Assembly (NCBI GenBank): GCA_013239625.1
Contig: MU053594.1
Location: 2,298,127 to 2,362,126, forward strand
Length of the DNA stretch: 64,000 bases
Origin: Lama guanicoe
Lineage: Eukaryota
Direction: 5' to 3'
The notes beneath the pieces are model-generated. The model did not search any database, was not told the DNA's origin, and worked only from the letters and a program-made list of their open reading frames with translations. The first letter of the stretch is position 1. The number at the start of each line of letters is the position of its first letter. The translations under genes and the position numbers were made by a program. Positions 19,301 through 25,745 of the stretch are shown here, piece by piece.

Positions 19301-22202
19301 ATTGACATGCACTTCTTAGAGAGCCCTCTGGGGGCGGTGTTGCCCATCACCCCCCAGCTTCCGCTTGCAGGGACCATGCTTAACCCGTGGCAAGATCAAG
19401 GCTTGCCCATGTGAGGTTTTGAGCTGCAGGTGTCCCTGGGGCCTCCTTCTGTCCAGCTCTCTTACCATCCACCCTGACCACATACAGAGGGACAGAATTC
19501 TGCCTTCGGTCCAAATTGCAGGGATGGCCCACAGCACGTGGTGAGGAAGGCCTATCCAGAAGGTAAAATTCCTGGAAACAGGGAGGTGCCGTGTCAGCTC
19601 TTCCTTTAAGACGCAGTGAGTAACACTCATGGGGCAGGGAGGTGGGGAGGGTGCCGGCCCTTCCTGGGGCTTCGTCTGGGTGTCCTGATGAGGCTGGAGG
19701 GGAGGCAGCAGTGGGAATAGGTCTAAGGGCAACATGGAATCACAACCTCCAATACTGCCCTTGCTCAGGGCAGAAGATTTCAGTCACACTTTCCCCCCTT
19801 TTTAATGAACACAATGACTTTTCAAGTAGTTTTATAGGGCGAGATTACATCAGCAATGGGCTGTAATTTTTCTCTGGCATTAGAGGTTGGGCCAGTGATG
19901 TGGGTTAGCGTGCAGGGCTCCAGACCCTGCAAAAATCATGTCACTCTCCCCACCCCTCACCGCCACCACTTAGCCACTTAGGAAGGAGGCAGAGGCTGCA
20001 GGTGCTGGGCCTGTGGCTCCCTGCAGCGGCCTGACTCAGCAGGAGTTGGACCTCGGGGCGTCATACCTGGCCACCGCTGTCTTCAGTGATGGAAATCTGT
20101 GGGATGCCGTCGGGGCAGCTGAGCTGCAGGACGTGTGTCTGTCTCTTTGGGCACAGGGGACCACACATCTCACTCGAGTGTTGCCCCCAGCACAGACAGA
20201 GCCCCAGGCCTGGGTCATAGCCACGGGCATCTTCTGGCGTAGCACACACCTGCACAAAGACTCAGACTTCTTGGGGATGTCTTCCTGCGGAGGTTCGCCC
20301 CCAGTTCTCCCCAGCTTCAGAGTGAATAGCCCAGGTCTCCATGTTTCCAGAGGTTGGGGCTACTGGAACGAGCCTCTAGCAGCTAGGAGGTTGGGCAGGT
20401 GGGCAGGTGGGCAGAGGACCAGGCTACAGGAGGTGCGCTATGTGGGTGTCTCCTACCTCGTGGACACAGTGGTCCTTCCATTGTTCCTTGGTCAAACAGA
20501 GCCCCTCTTGGTTCCAGGTGGCCCCATCTTTGCAGGTCTTGTATTCTCGCTGGACACAGCCCCCTGGCTCTCCAACATCTTGGTAGCCTGGGAGGCAGGG
20601 GCACTGCCCGTCACTGGGCTGGGGGTTGGGGAGGAAGGGAATGCAGTTTCAGGTTGGCTGTTAGTATTTGGTTGCTGTGATCGTGACATATGATTCTTTG
20701 GTGGTGACCCTGCCTGAGATGGGCCAGTGGATATGGGAGGGGAGGGGAAATAAGGGATCACTGGGGGCAGAGAGGAGTCAGACCAAAGGGGAGGGTTACT
20801 GGCACATGCTGGTTAGGGGCCAGTGGGGGCCATCATTTCAGTGCAAAGGATGTGGGAAGTTCAGGAAAGGAAGACTTCACATGCGTATTTGTTGGCTTAT
20901 GGGGCAAGTTCAAGTTGTTAGGGCTTGGGCCCTGGGCTGTATTGGGAGTGGTCATGGTGGAGGACAACAAAGGTTGCCCTTTCCTCCAAGAAAGGTTGTC
21001 AGATTTAGTAACTAAAAATACAAAGTACCCCCTTAAATTTGAATTTCAGATAAGCAGTGAATACTTTTCCAGTGTATGTCTCAGTCCATATTTAAGACCT
21101 ACTTATAATAAAATCATATCCATAATCTATGTGAAATTCAAGTTTAACTGGGCACCCTATATTTTACCTGGCAACCCTATCCCCAAGTCACTTGGCAACA
21201 TGAGCTAATCCTGGTCAGGTTACACTTGAGCTGAACTTGACTCAAGAACAAAACAGTCCTGGCGATGTAGCCCGTCCTTGGGTCCCACCGCCAGCGGACA
21301 TACCTGGAACACTCTGCCAGGCCTCGGGCATACGCATGTGTCCTTGCCCTCCTCCGGCTGGGTGGCTTCCGAGCCACAGGGGAAGCAGGCATTCTGACCA
21401 GGCCAGGGGTTGAAGAATTCCCGAGGGCAGAGGTGGCAGAAGGGAGCATCGTGGGGACTCACTCGGGAGAGGAAAGTTCCAGGTGGACAGGGGGCAGGCG
21501 GTGAGGCAGGACAGGGCCCACCTGTGGGGTGACAGGCAGACAGTAATTAGAGCTGAGACTAAGTCTTGGGGCCTCCTGGGGATTCCCCTGGAGCCCTAGG
21601 TGGACCCCTGACTTCTCTCTTCCCCCACTAAGGGGCTTCTGAACCCCCTACCCTAGCCCAGCCCAGATGTTTCCTGAAGCCAGCATCTTCCCTCAGAACT
21701 GTTTTTCCCTCTCTCCTCAACTTTCCCCCTAACTCCTTTGATGCAAAGTGAGCCCCAGCCCCTACCCTGTGGGCAGCCTGGTTGGTCAGGCTCTTCTGCA
21801 CAAGGCACCTGGTCCCCACAGTCCTGAGGATTCCCCCTGCTCAGGCACATGGCGCTCTGGAGGGCAAAGCAGAAGAGGGGTACACAGGCCCATGTCCCTG
21901 GGGTGCTCCCAAGGGAGTGACTCCTCACCTTCTGGGCAAGGGTGACAGTGGCAGAGAGAGAGGCAGACATGGAGGTCGGGGGAGGACAGACACCGAGAGA
22001 GACCTCTGGGGACACAGATGGAGAGAGAGCAGAGTAAAAGGCAAAGACACAGTGATGGAGCAACAGCAGGACGGGAGAGGCGCAGTGATCTGGGCGATCT
22101 GGGCGATCTGGGCCCGGGATCTGTATGCAGAGAGAAGTACCCCCGCCAGGCCAGCTGCTGCCGCTCACAGGAGCTCCAGGGAGCACTCACTGAATATTTC
22201 AT
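1301..22202 (-). CDS. Uncharacterised 29-exon gene encoding a ~1700-aa predicted single-pass membrane protein (Gm32742-like by recollection)
   Basis: Manual splicing of 29 exons with GT-AG introns and consistent phases. 5076 nt (1692 codons) are open from ATG 22202 to a donor at 1406, or 1726 aa if the last exon reads to TAG at 1301-1303. Family identity is recalled, not searched. Confidence 0.88.
1406..1603 (-). CDS. Exon 29: GLKAYFREAFSITLQMS...LEPESSEE (splices at 1406 to an exon not found in the window, or reads on to TAG at 1301)
   Basis: Acceptor tgaccag|, phase 0. A good donor GAG|GTAACT follows 1406, but the frame also stays open to the stop at 1301-1303. Confidence 0.82.
2046..2192 (-). 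CDS. Exon 28: SAENTLFVGRECLASVGGFVLLLIHCLAHIAAQDLHQDSNPAFLRSFYK
   Basis: Acceptor cgctcag|, donor AAG|GTATTT, 147 nt, phase 0-0. Confidence 0.9.
2506..2611 (-). mobile_element. tRNA-derived SINE (camelid Vic-1 type)
   Basis: Reverse complement reads GGGAGGGTATAGCTCAGTGGTAG...GGTTCAATCCCCAGTACCTCC plus an A-rich tail, with Pol III A and B boxes. Confidence 0.85.
2668..2846. mobile_element. MER5-type hAT DNA transposon remnant
   Basis: Terminal-repeat-like ends cagcagttctcaaact ... agtttgagaagcactg. Confidence 0.7.
3040..3275 (+). mobile_element. MIR SINE
   Basis: Core tgtgatcttgggcaagtcac...cctcaatttcc...aaaatgg. Confidence 0.75.
3935..4021 (-). CDS. Exon 27: APEITLQIASRLPALEASDNAFQGSFFYQ
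   Basis: Strong acceptor tttgtttctttgcag|, weak donor CAG|GTCCTT, 87 nt, phase 0-0. Confidence 0.85.
4713..4864 (-). CDS. Exon 26: APKSSLQDLPKPQIMQKEELVTVQSTDLSAREFVVYQHGLSILHLLIPQLH
   Basis: Acceptor tctgtag|, donor CAT|GTGAGT, 152 nt, phase 1-0. Confidence 0.9.
4982..5050 (+). repeat. (CCCT)/(CCAT)n simple repeat
   Basis: Visible directly in the sequence. Confidence 0.85.
5430..5767 (-). mobile_element. L1 3'-end fragment (artiodactyl/camelid type)
   Basis: Poly-T followed by attgaagtatagttagttaca...atagttccctgtgct...cccctggtaaccataag. Confidence 0.8.
5911..6033 (-). CDS. Exon 25: DADKVDIMWTSPLFSTLKKVDTRSQVHKDGAEHQGQVHHKP
   Basis: Acceptor tgttcag|, donor CAG|GTAACC, 123 nt, phase 1-1. 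Confidence 0.87.
6119..6630 (+). mobile_element. MLT1 (MaLR) solo LTR
   Basis: 3' end ...agaaaccatgagataataaatgtttgttg...gtagtttgttacacagcaa is typical of MLT1. Confidence 0.8.
6774..6966 (-). CDS. Exon 24: IVASGTPVCLENYPGDRFYG...CPQLIPFLKSLTTVL...GGPGT
   Basis: Acceptor atcctag|, donor CAG|GTAAGG, 193 nt, phase 0-1. Confidence 0.9.
7088..7213 (-). CDS. Exon 23: VLQHLSAEFQETVRERQSFLDRALGQLQYQRALSRLQLLHTQ
   Basis: Acceptor gtcctag|, donor CAG|GTACTG, 126 nt, phase 0-0. Confidence 0.9.
7408..7592 (-). CDS. Exon 22: ADREEWERETQVTLGMQKVLQSLGQAAEKLRQAAGRLRGQEQEMRLQQRKNQSPQIWNRPRQ
   Basis: NAGNAG acceptor ttgcag|CAG, donor CAG|GTGAGG, 185 nt, phase 1-0. Confidence 0.9.
7840..7957 (-). CDS. Exon 21: LKAAEGACAALEASCLRETQRRARALSRHSGPERGLLSQ
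   Basis: Acceptor cccgcag|, donor AAG|GTGGGA, 118 nt, phase 0-1. Confidence 0.87.
8218..8358 (-). CDS. Exon 20: LDTLEKELRAREQHWRRQEHEEARLAEHLAALSRALLSAPGKDPGQQ
   Basis: Acceptor gttgtag|, donor CAG|GTGAGG, 141 nt, phase 0-0, coiled-coil-like. Confidence 0.88.
9200..9675 (+). mobile_element. L2 3' fragment
   Basis: Ends cacagtgcctggaacatag...tgagtgaatgaa. Confidence 0.7.
9700..9857 (-). CDS. Exon 19: LVPIAVGAQAIDPLTGEAGPVIGAQTDPSAGVVVPVVQVLEALPREVRDPGL
   Basis: Acceptor cccgcag|, donor CTG|GTACGT, 158 nt, phase 1-0. Confidence 0.92.
10156..10326 (-). CDS. Exon 18: MMCYPGTALRVPVLYGMEIPDPEGSGLLVPVLGMESDGNSG...EDADGK(G)
   Basis: Acceptor gtgctag|, donor AAG|GTAGGA, 171 nt, phase 1-1. Confidence 0.92.
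11403..11783 (-). CDS. Exon 17: QVLALGGLRDASGNLMLPGDSFVEPLSRK...SGGRI(G)
   Basis: Acceptor cttccag|, donor TCG|GTACGT, 381 nt, phase 1-1. Confidence 0.92.
11862..12541. other. Assembly gap (680 N) within intron 16
   Basis: Run of N with G-rich flanks on both sides. Confidence 1.
12908..13243 (-). CDS. Exon 16: AVRTSDAAVLPYVPYPTCPATG...MTDPLTGIEVPVLAVTLHPQTR...MEDPVTGGISPILGVGLDEST(G)
   Basis: Acceptor tgtccag|, weak donor CAG|GTCTCC, 336 nt, phase 1-1. Confidence 0.88.
13524..13751 (-). CDS. Exon 15: ...ISVNPITKLMVPGP...GYFIHPDTGRVLPEAGNLGYDL...TDSSS(G)
   Basis: Acceptor cctgcag|, donor CTG|GTGAGA, 228 nt, phase 1-1. Confidence 0.92.
14379..14500 (-). CDS. Exon 14: EGPQLDAALGHLSQVVLQEGHRLKAWGVLGTGTGAELLPP
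   Basis: Acceptor cctgcag|, donor CAG|GTGAGC, 122 nt, phase 2-1. Confidence 0.9.
14658..14893 (-). CDS. Exon 13: AAEAAARTAEEEARRRGHLAGEYAASLSHQLTLLRQDLRARQEQW...GQNPE(G) (coiled-coil-like)
   Basis: Acceptor accccag|, donor AGG|GTGTGT, 236 nt, phase 0-2. Confidence 0.85.
15131..15256 (-). CDS. Exon 12: LKLLCLRLRREARSLLQLWG...QREQQQ
   Basis: Acceptor ctcacag|, donor CAG|GTTGGC, 126 nt, phase 0-0. Confidence 0.85.
15317..15335 (-). promoter_or_regulatory. CTCF motif match (intron 11)
   Basis: Reverse complement CTGGCAGCAGGGGGCGCTG has one core mismatch. Confidence 0.5.
15421..15525 (+). mobile_element. tRNA-derived SINE (Vic-1 type)
   Basis: ggggagggtatagctcaagtggtagaacgcatgcttagc...ggttcaattcccc...taaataaataagcctaattacc. 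Confidence 0.85.
15876..15997 (-). CDS. Exon 11: EGWETEEQVDLEGFDTETFYGILLRQSLSVTTKLSQTKEE
   Basis: Acceptor cccacag|, donor GAG|GTGAGC, 122 nt, phase 1-0. Confidence 0.92.
16622..16796 (-). CDS. Exon 10: VQCHSLSWARKAAPQPTFRKHQQGYNLEAY...AAGGP(G)
   Basis: Acceptor cccgcag|, donor CCG|GTGAGT, 175 nt, phase 0-1, basic residues follow the TM. Confidence 0.9.
16930..17530 (+). mobile_element. Degraded L2 fragment
   Basis: CT-rich L2-like motifs such as gataaaatccaagcttctta. Confidence 0.55.
17661..17840 (-). CDS. Exon 9 (TM helix): YIRTLPPGGQCF...WPGVLGEIVLLLGLCLLLL
   Basis: Acceptor cacccag|, donor TTG|GTGAGT, 180 nt, phase 0-0, hydrophobic run at about aa 500-519. Confidence 0.92.
18503..18662 (-). 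CDS. Exon 8: GHFYNTKGEFDWGRLRALAEESQ...FLQQFQPGVYVFRLNSNRHRKM
   Basis: Acceptor atcccag|, donor ATG|GTTTGT, 160 nt, phase 2-0. Confidence 0.9.
18770..18941 (-). CDS. Exon 7: KSRDTHL...LNSTHLGNLS...IRNPTVCLQTNDTLAFLVTREHYPEYD(L)
   Basis: Acceptor tgctcag|, donor CCT|GTGAGT, 172 nt, phase 1-2, three N-x-S/T sequons. Confidence 0.88.
19059..19154 (-). CDS. Exon 6: TGFLGLTRPGHELLHSLGLPLRDPRLPGQDA(G)
   Basis: Acceptor gttctag|, donor CAG|GTGAGC, 96 nt, phase 1-1. Confidence 0.88.
19466..19571 (-). CDS. Exon 5: EFYLLDRPSSPRAVGHPCNLDRRQNSVPLYVVRVD(G)
   Basis: Acceptor tttccag|, donor ATG|GTAAGA, 106 nt. It supplies the required phase 0-to-1 bridge and is not in the ORF track. Confidence 0.85.
20067..20249 (-). 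CDS. Exon 4: VCATPEDARGYDPGLGLCLC...ITEDSGGQ
   Basis: Acceptor tgtgcag|, donor CAG|GTATGA, 183 nt, phase 0-0. Confidence 0.9.
20457..20618 (-). CDS. Exon 3: PSDGQCPCLPGYQD...CLTKEQWKDHCVHE
   Basis: Acceptor cccccag|, donor GAG|GTAGGA, 162 nt, phase 0-0, CxCxPGY motif. Confidence 0.92.
20991..21179. mobile_element. MER53-like non-autonomous DNA transposon
   Basis: Inverted ends aggttgtcagat ... acctggcaacccta around an AT-rich core. Confidence 0.75.
21304..21521 (-). CDS. Exon 2: GPCPASPPAPCPPGTFLS...FCHLCPREFFNPWPGQNACFPCGSEATQPEEGKDTCVCPRPGRVFQ (Cys-rich, ephrin-receptor-like)
   Basis: Acceptor cccacag|, donor CAG|GTATGT, 218 nt, phase 1-0, CPPGTF/CxxCP motifs. Confidence 0.92.
21929..22202 (-). 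CDS. Exon 1 (putative start): MKYSVSAPWS...PRSPRSPRS...SLCLCLLLCSLSICV...CHCHPCPE(G)
   Basis: ATG at 22202 with weak Kozak context. Donor AAG|GTGAGG is phase 1 and matches exon 2. The 5' boundary is the least certain part of the model. Confidence 0.6.
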
Positions 22203-22304
22203 GAAATGAAATCTGAGATATGGGTCCTCCAGGAAGCTTGGGCCCAGACAAAGTAAATATTACCACCTTTCCCCTCTCTCTTTTTCCTTCCTAGAGCAGC
22301 GAGT

Positions 22305-22305
22305 G

Positions 22306-22342
<37 letters not shown>
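22305..22342 (+). repeat. (GT)n microsatellite about 100 bp upstream of the putative ATG
   Basis: Visible directly in the sequence. Confidence 0.95.
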
Positions 22343-22346
<4 letters not shown>

Positions 22347-23462
22347 GAACTGGGCTTTGTGATGGGGAGGAACATTCCAGCTCCCTCCTTTTGCAAGGCA
22401 AAGCCCGTCAACCTCATTAAAGCGCTCCCTGTGTGCAAAATCCTGCAGGACAGCTGACAAGGAAATGAAACCTAAGACTCCTGCCTTTGGTTCCTGTTCA
22501 GCCAACTTTGCGATCCACACGATATTAGAATTATAGACGACTTTAGAGATCATTTACTTCTGGCCTCCCAATGTACAGATGAGAAGATTGAAGCCAGAAA
22601 GATGGAAAGTTTGAACAAATTCACACAACCAGTCAGATGCTCTTAAAGAATATGCGTACATGAAATACCTGCAAACTGTAAAACAGCAGGTGAGCCCTTG
22701 GAGTAACCAAGAGATGTGATGGATAAAGCACAGGGCACGTAGTGGAGAGGAAGGGCCTGTCCTGGCTTTGTTGTTAATTTCCTCTGGAAATCAGATCATC
22801 AGTTGACTTATCACTTGTAACAATGTGGTAATAAATAATACTGCTTGGCCTTCTTCATTGCAGCTGTGAAAATCAGTCAAGCGAACAGGTGAGGAAGTGC
22901 TTGGAAAGCCATGAAGTGCTATTGGAAGTCGATGCTAAAATGATGTGTGGCTTCCAGGGAAGGGGGACCACAACTCAGAGACTTTGAGGCCACCCAGCTT
23001 GTCTGTGTAACTTACTATTTATAAATAAGGACTCTGACTCCAAGTTTGAATAGCGTTGGATTGGGAGAGCCTTAGGAGAACTTGTTGTGTGACTTGGATT
23101 GGAAAATAGTAAATCATGTATCTGATATAATTCATCACCCTTTCTGTGGAATGACTCATGCCTTGGTTGCTTCTAAAAAGAGACTGATCATCCAGGACAA
23201 GGTGTCTCTGTGCTCACGGCCTCATTTATAGCCATTATTCATTCCAAAAATAGTTGTGCACTTACTGCATACCAGGCTCTCTTCTGGGGCTGCTGACATC
23301 TGATGGAATGTGCTGCAAAGGGTTATTGGATGCTGCTTGTGGAGCTGAGGCTGGAAGGAGAACTACTGGGGTGCGGAAACAAAGGCTCCTTTACAGACAC
23401 ATTTAGGGAGGAAGAAATTAAGATCCCCAGGAACACATGTTCTGAAACTGCGTAACTTACAT

Positions 23463-23757
23463 CAGTGCTGTCCCATTGAAATATAACAGGAGTCACATAT
23501 GTAATTTAAAGTTTTCTAGAGGCACATTATGAGAGTAAAGAGTAACAGGTAAAATTAGTTTTAATAATATATTTTATTTAACCCAATGTATCTAAAATAT
23601 TTTTCAACATGTTATCAAGATAAAAATGAATAATACATTTCTTTTTTGTGTGTGTGCTAAGTTTTTGTTTTACTTACAGCACACCTGTTTGGACTAGTCA
23701 CATTTTAATGCTCAGTGGCTCCATGTGGCTAGCGTTTACCATATTGAACAACGCAGG
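23463..23757. mobile_element. MER33/MER3-like hAT (Charlie) element
   Basis: cagtgctgtcc...catgtggctag...catattgaacaacgcag. Confidence 0.75.
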
Positions 23758-23885
23758 GTGACATGGTCCAGCGAAAACCCTTCTCTCCAGGGTCCCCTAG
23801 GCCTGTGAGTGCCCCCTCGCCTTGCACATCCCTCTGTCATCTGCTTTGTTCTCCACTGAGTGGCACAGTCCTCCTGCCCCTTGTC

Positions 23886-23904
23886 TTTCCAGAAGGTGGC
23901 ACTG
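23886..23904 (+). promoter_or_regulatory. CTCF motif match
   Basis: TTTCCAGAAGGTGGCACTG has one core mismatch. Confidence 0.45.
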
Positions 23905-24189
23905 TGAGCTCGCAGGAAATTGTGTGTACATGTGTGCTTGGTGTGTGTAAGTGTGTATGTGGGTGAATGGTAGTGACTTGGAAGAAATGCAGTTGCAAGA
24001 GAAGTCCGTGTGCGTGTGTGTCCGTGTGTGTAAATTAGCATCAATACCTTAATTATCTTGGTGGAAATTAAGATGAACATCTGTATAATGTTTCACAACA
24101 ATGCTAAAACTTTACTATCCCTAACAGTCACCTGAGGATCTTTTACGTTACTCATGATTTTAATTTTATTTAATCTTATTTTCCCGTTT

Positions 24190-25745
24190 TATTTAGATAT
24201 TTTATAAATAAACATTGTATACATTGAAGGTGTACAACATGATCTGACATACACATATATGTGTAGTGAAATGATTACTACATTTAATGAACATCTCGTT
24301 TTCTGACATAGTTACCGTGTGTGTGTGTGCGTGTGTTTGTGTGTGTGTGTGTGTGTGAGAAAGATATAAGGGCACGTGAAATCTACTCTCTTAGCTTGTC
24401 TTCAGTATTGGATACAGTGTTCTTCACTATAGTCATCGTGCTGGGCACCAGCTCTCTAGACTTATCCATCCTACATAACTGAAACTTTGTACTCTTTGGT
24501 CAACATCTCTTGATTTCCCCCACCTCCCTGCCCCTGGTAACCATCACGCTGCTCTGCTCCTGTGAGTTTGACTTTTTTGTTTTTTAGATTCCACATATAA
24601 GTGAGATTTAGCATCAAGAAGTTGATTATCTTGTTGGAAATTAGACGTTTGCAACATCTAATTTGTGCAATGTTTGTCTTTCTCTGTCTTGCTTATTTCA
24701 CTTAGCTTAATGTCCTCCAGATCCATCCATGCATGTCACAAATGGCAGGATGTCCTTTTTCTTATGACAATAATATTCCATCATTATTTCAATATTTCAA
24801 TACTCTAGATATATTATATCTTTTTTTGAAATATAGTTGATTTACAATACTGTGTTAGTTTCAGGTGTAGAGCAAAGTGATCCAGTTATATATACATATT
24901 TTTCCAGATTATCTTCCACATAGATTTTTAGAAGATATTGAATATAGTTCCCTGTGCTATACAGTAAATCCCTTTACTTGTCTAGTTTTATGTATAGTAG
25001 TTTATATCTGCTAATCTCATACTCCTAATTTATCCCTCCCAACCTCCCTTTCCCCTTTGGTAACCATAAGATTGTTTTCTATGTCTGTGAGTCTGTTCCT
25101 GTTTTGTATCTAGATTTACTTGTATTATTTTTTTAGATTCCACATATAAGTAATATCATATAATACTTGTCTTTTTCTGTCTGACTTATTATGGTAATCT
25201 CTAGGTCCATCCATGTTTCTGCAAATGGCAATATTTCATTCTTTTTTAGGACTGAGTAATATTCCATCATATATATGCATCACATCTTCTTTATCCAATC
25301 ATCTGTTGAGGGGGATCTGGGTTGTTTCCATATCTTGGCTATTGTGAGTAATGCTGCAGTGAATTGGGAGTGTAGCTGTCTCTTCAACAGACTGATTTCC
25401 TTTGGATATACACCCAGAAACAGGACTGCTGGATCTTCTATTTGAGGAAACTTCACACTGTTTTCCATAATGCCTGTACCAATTTACATTCCCACCAGCA
25501 GTGCACAAGGGTTCCCTTTTCTCCATATCTTTGCCGGCACTTGTTATCTTTTGTCTTTCTGATAACAGCCATTCCAACAGGTATGAGGTGACACCTCATT
25601 GTGGGTTTCATTTGCATTTTCCTGATGATTAGTGATGTTGAGCATCTTTTCATATGTCTGTTGGCCACTTGTATGTCTTCTTTGGAAAAATGTCTATTCA
25701 GTTCCTTCACCCATTTTTAAATTGAATTATGTGTTTTCTTGCTTT
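24190..25745 (-). mobile_element. Nested L1 fragments (older L1MA-like 3'UTR, younger 3' end, ORF2 C-terminal remnant)
   Basis: ORF 25453-25710 [11 protein letters not shown]...[17 protein letters not shown] matches the L1 ORF2p C-terminal Cys-rich region, with frameshifts. Confidence 0.9.

Noticed and set aside
20013..20693. 226-aa plus-strand ORF and similar ORFs at 4713-5288, 7547-8441 and 9781-10365
   Set aside because: They are antisense shadows of real minus-strand exons and GC-rich introns.
25280..25710. ORFs with clear protein similarity
   Set aside because: They are frameshifted L1 ORF2 remnants, not host genes.
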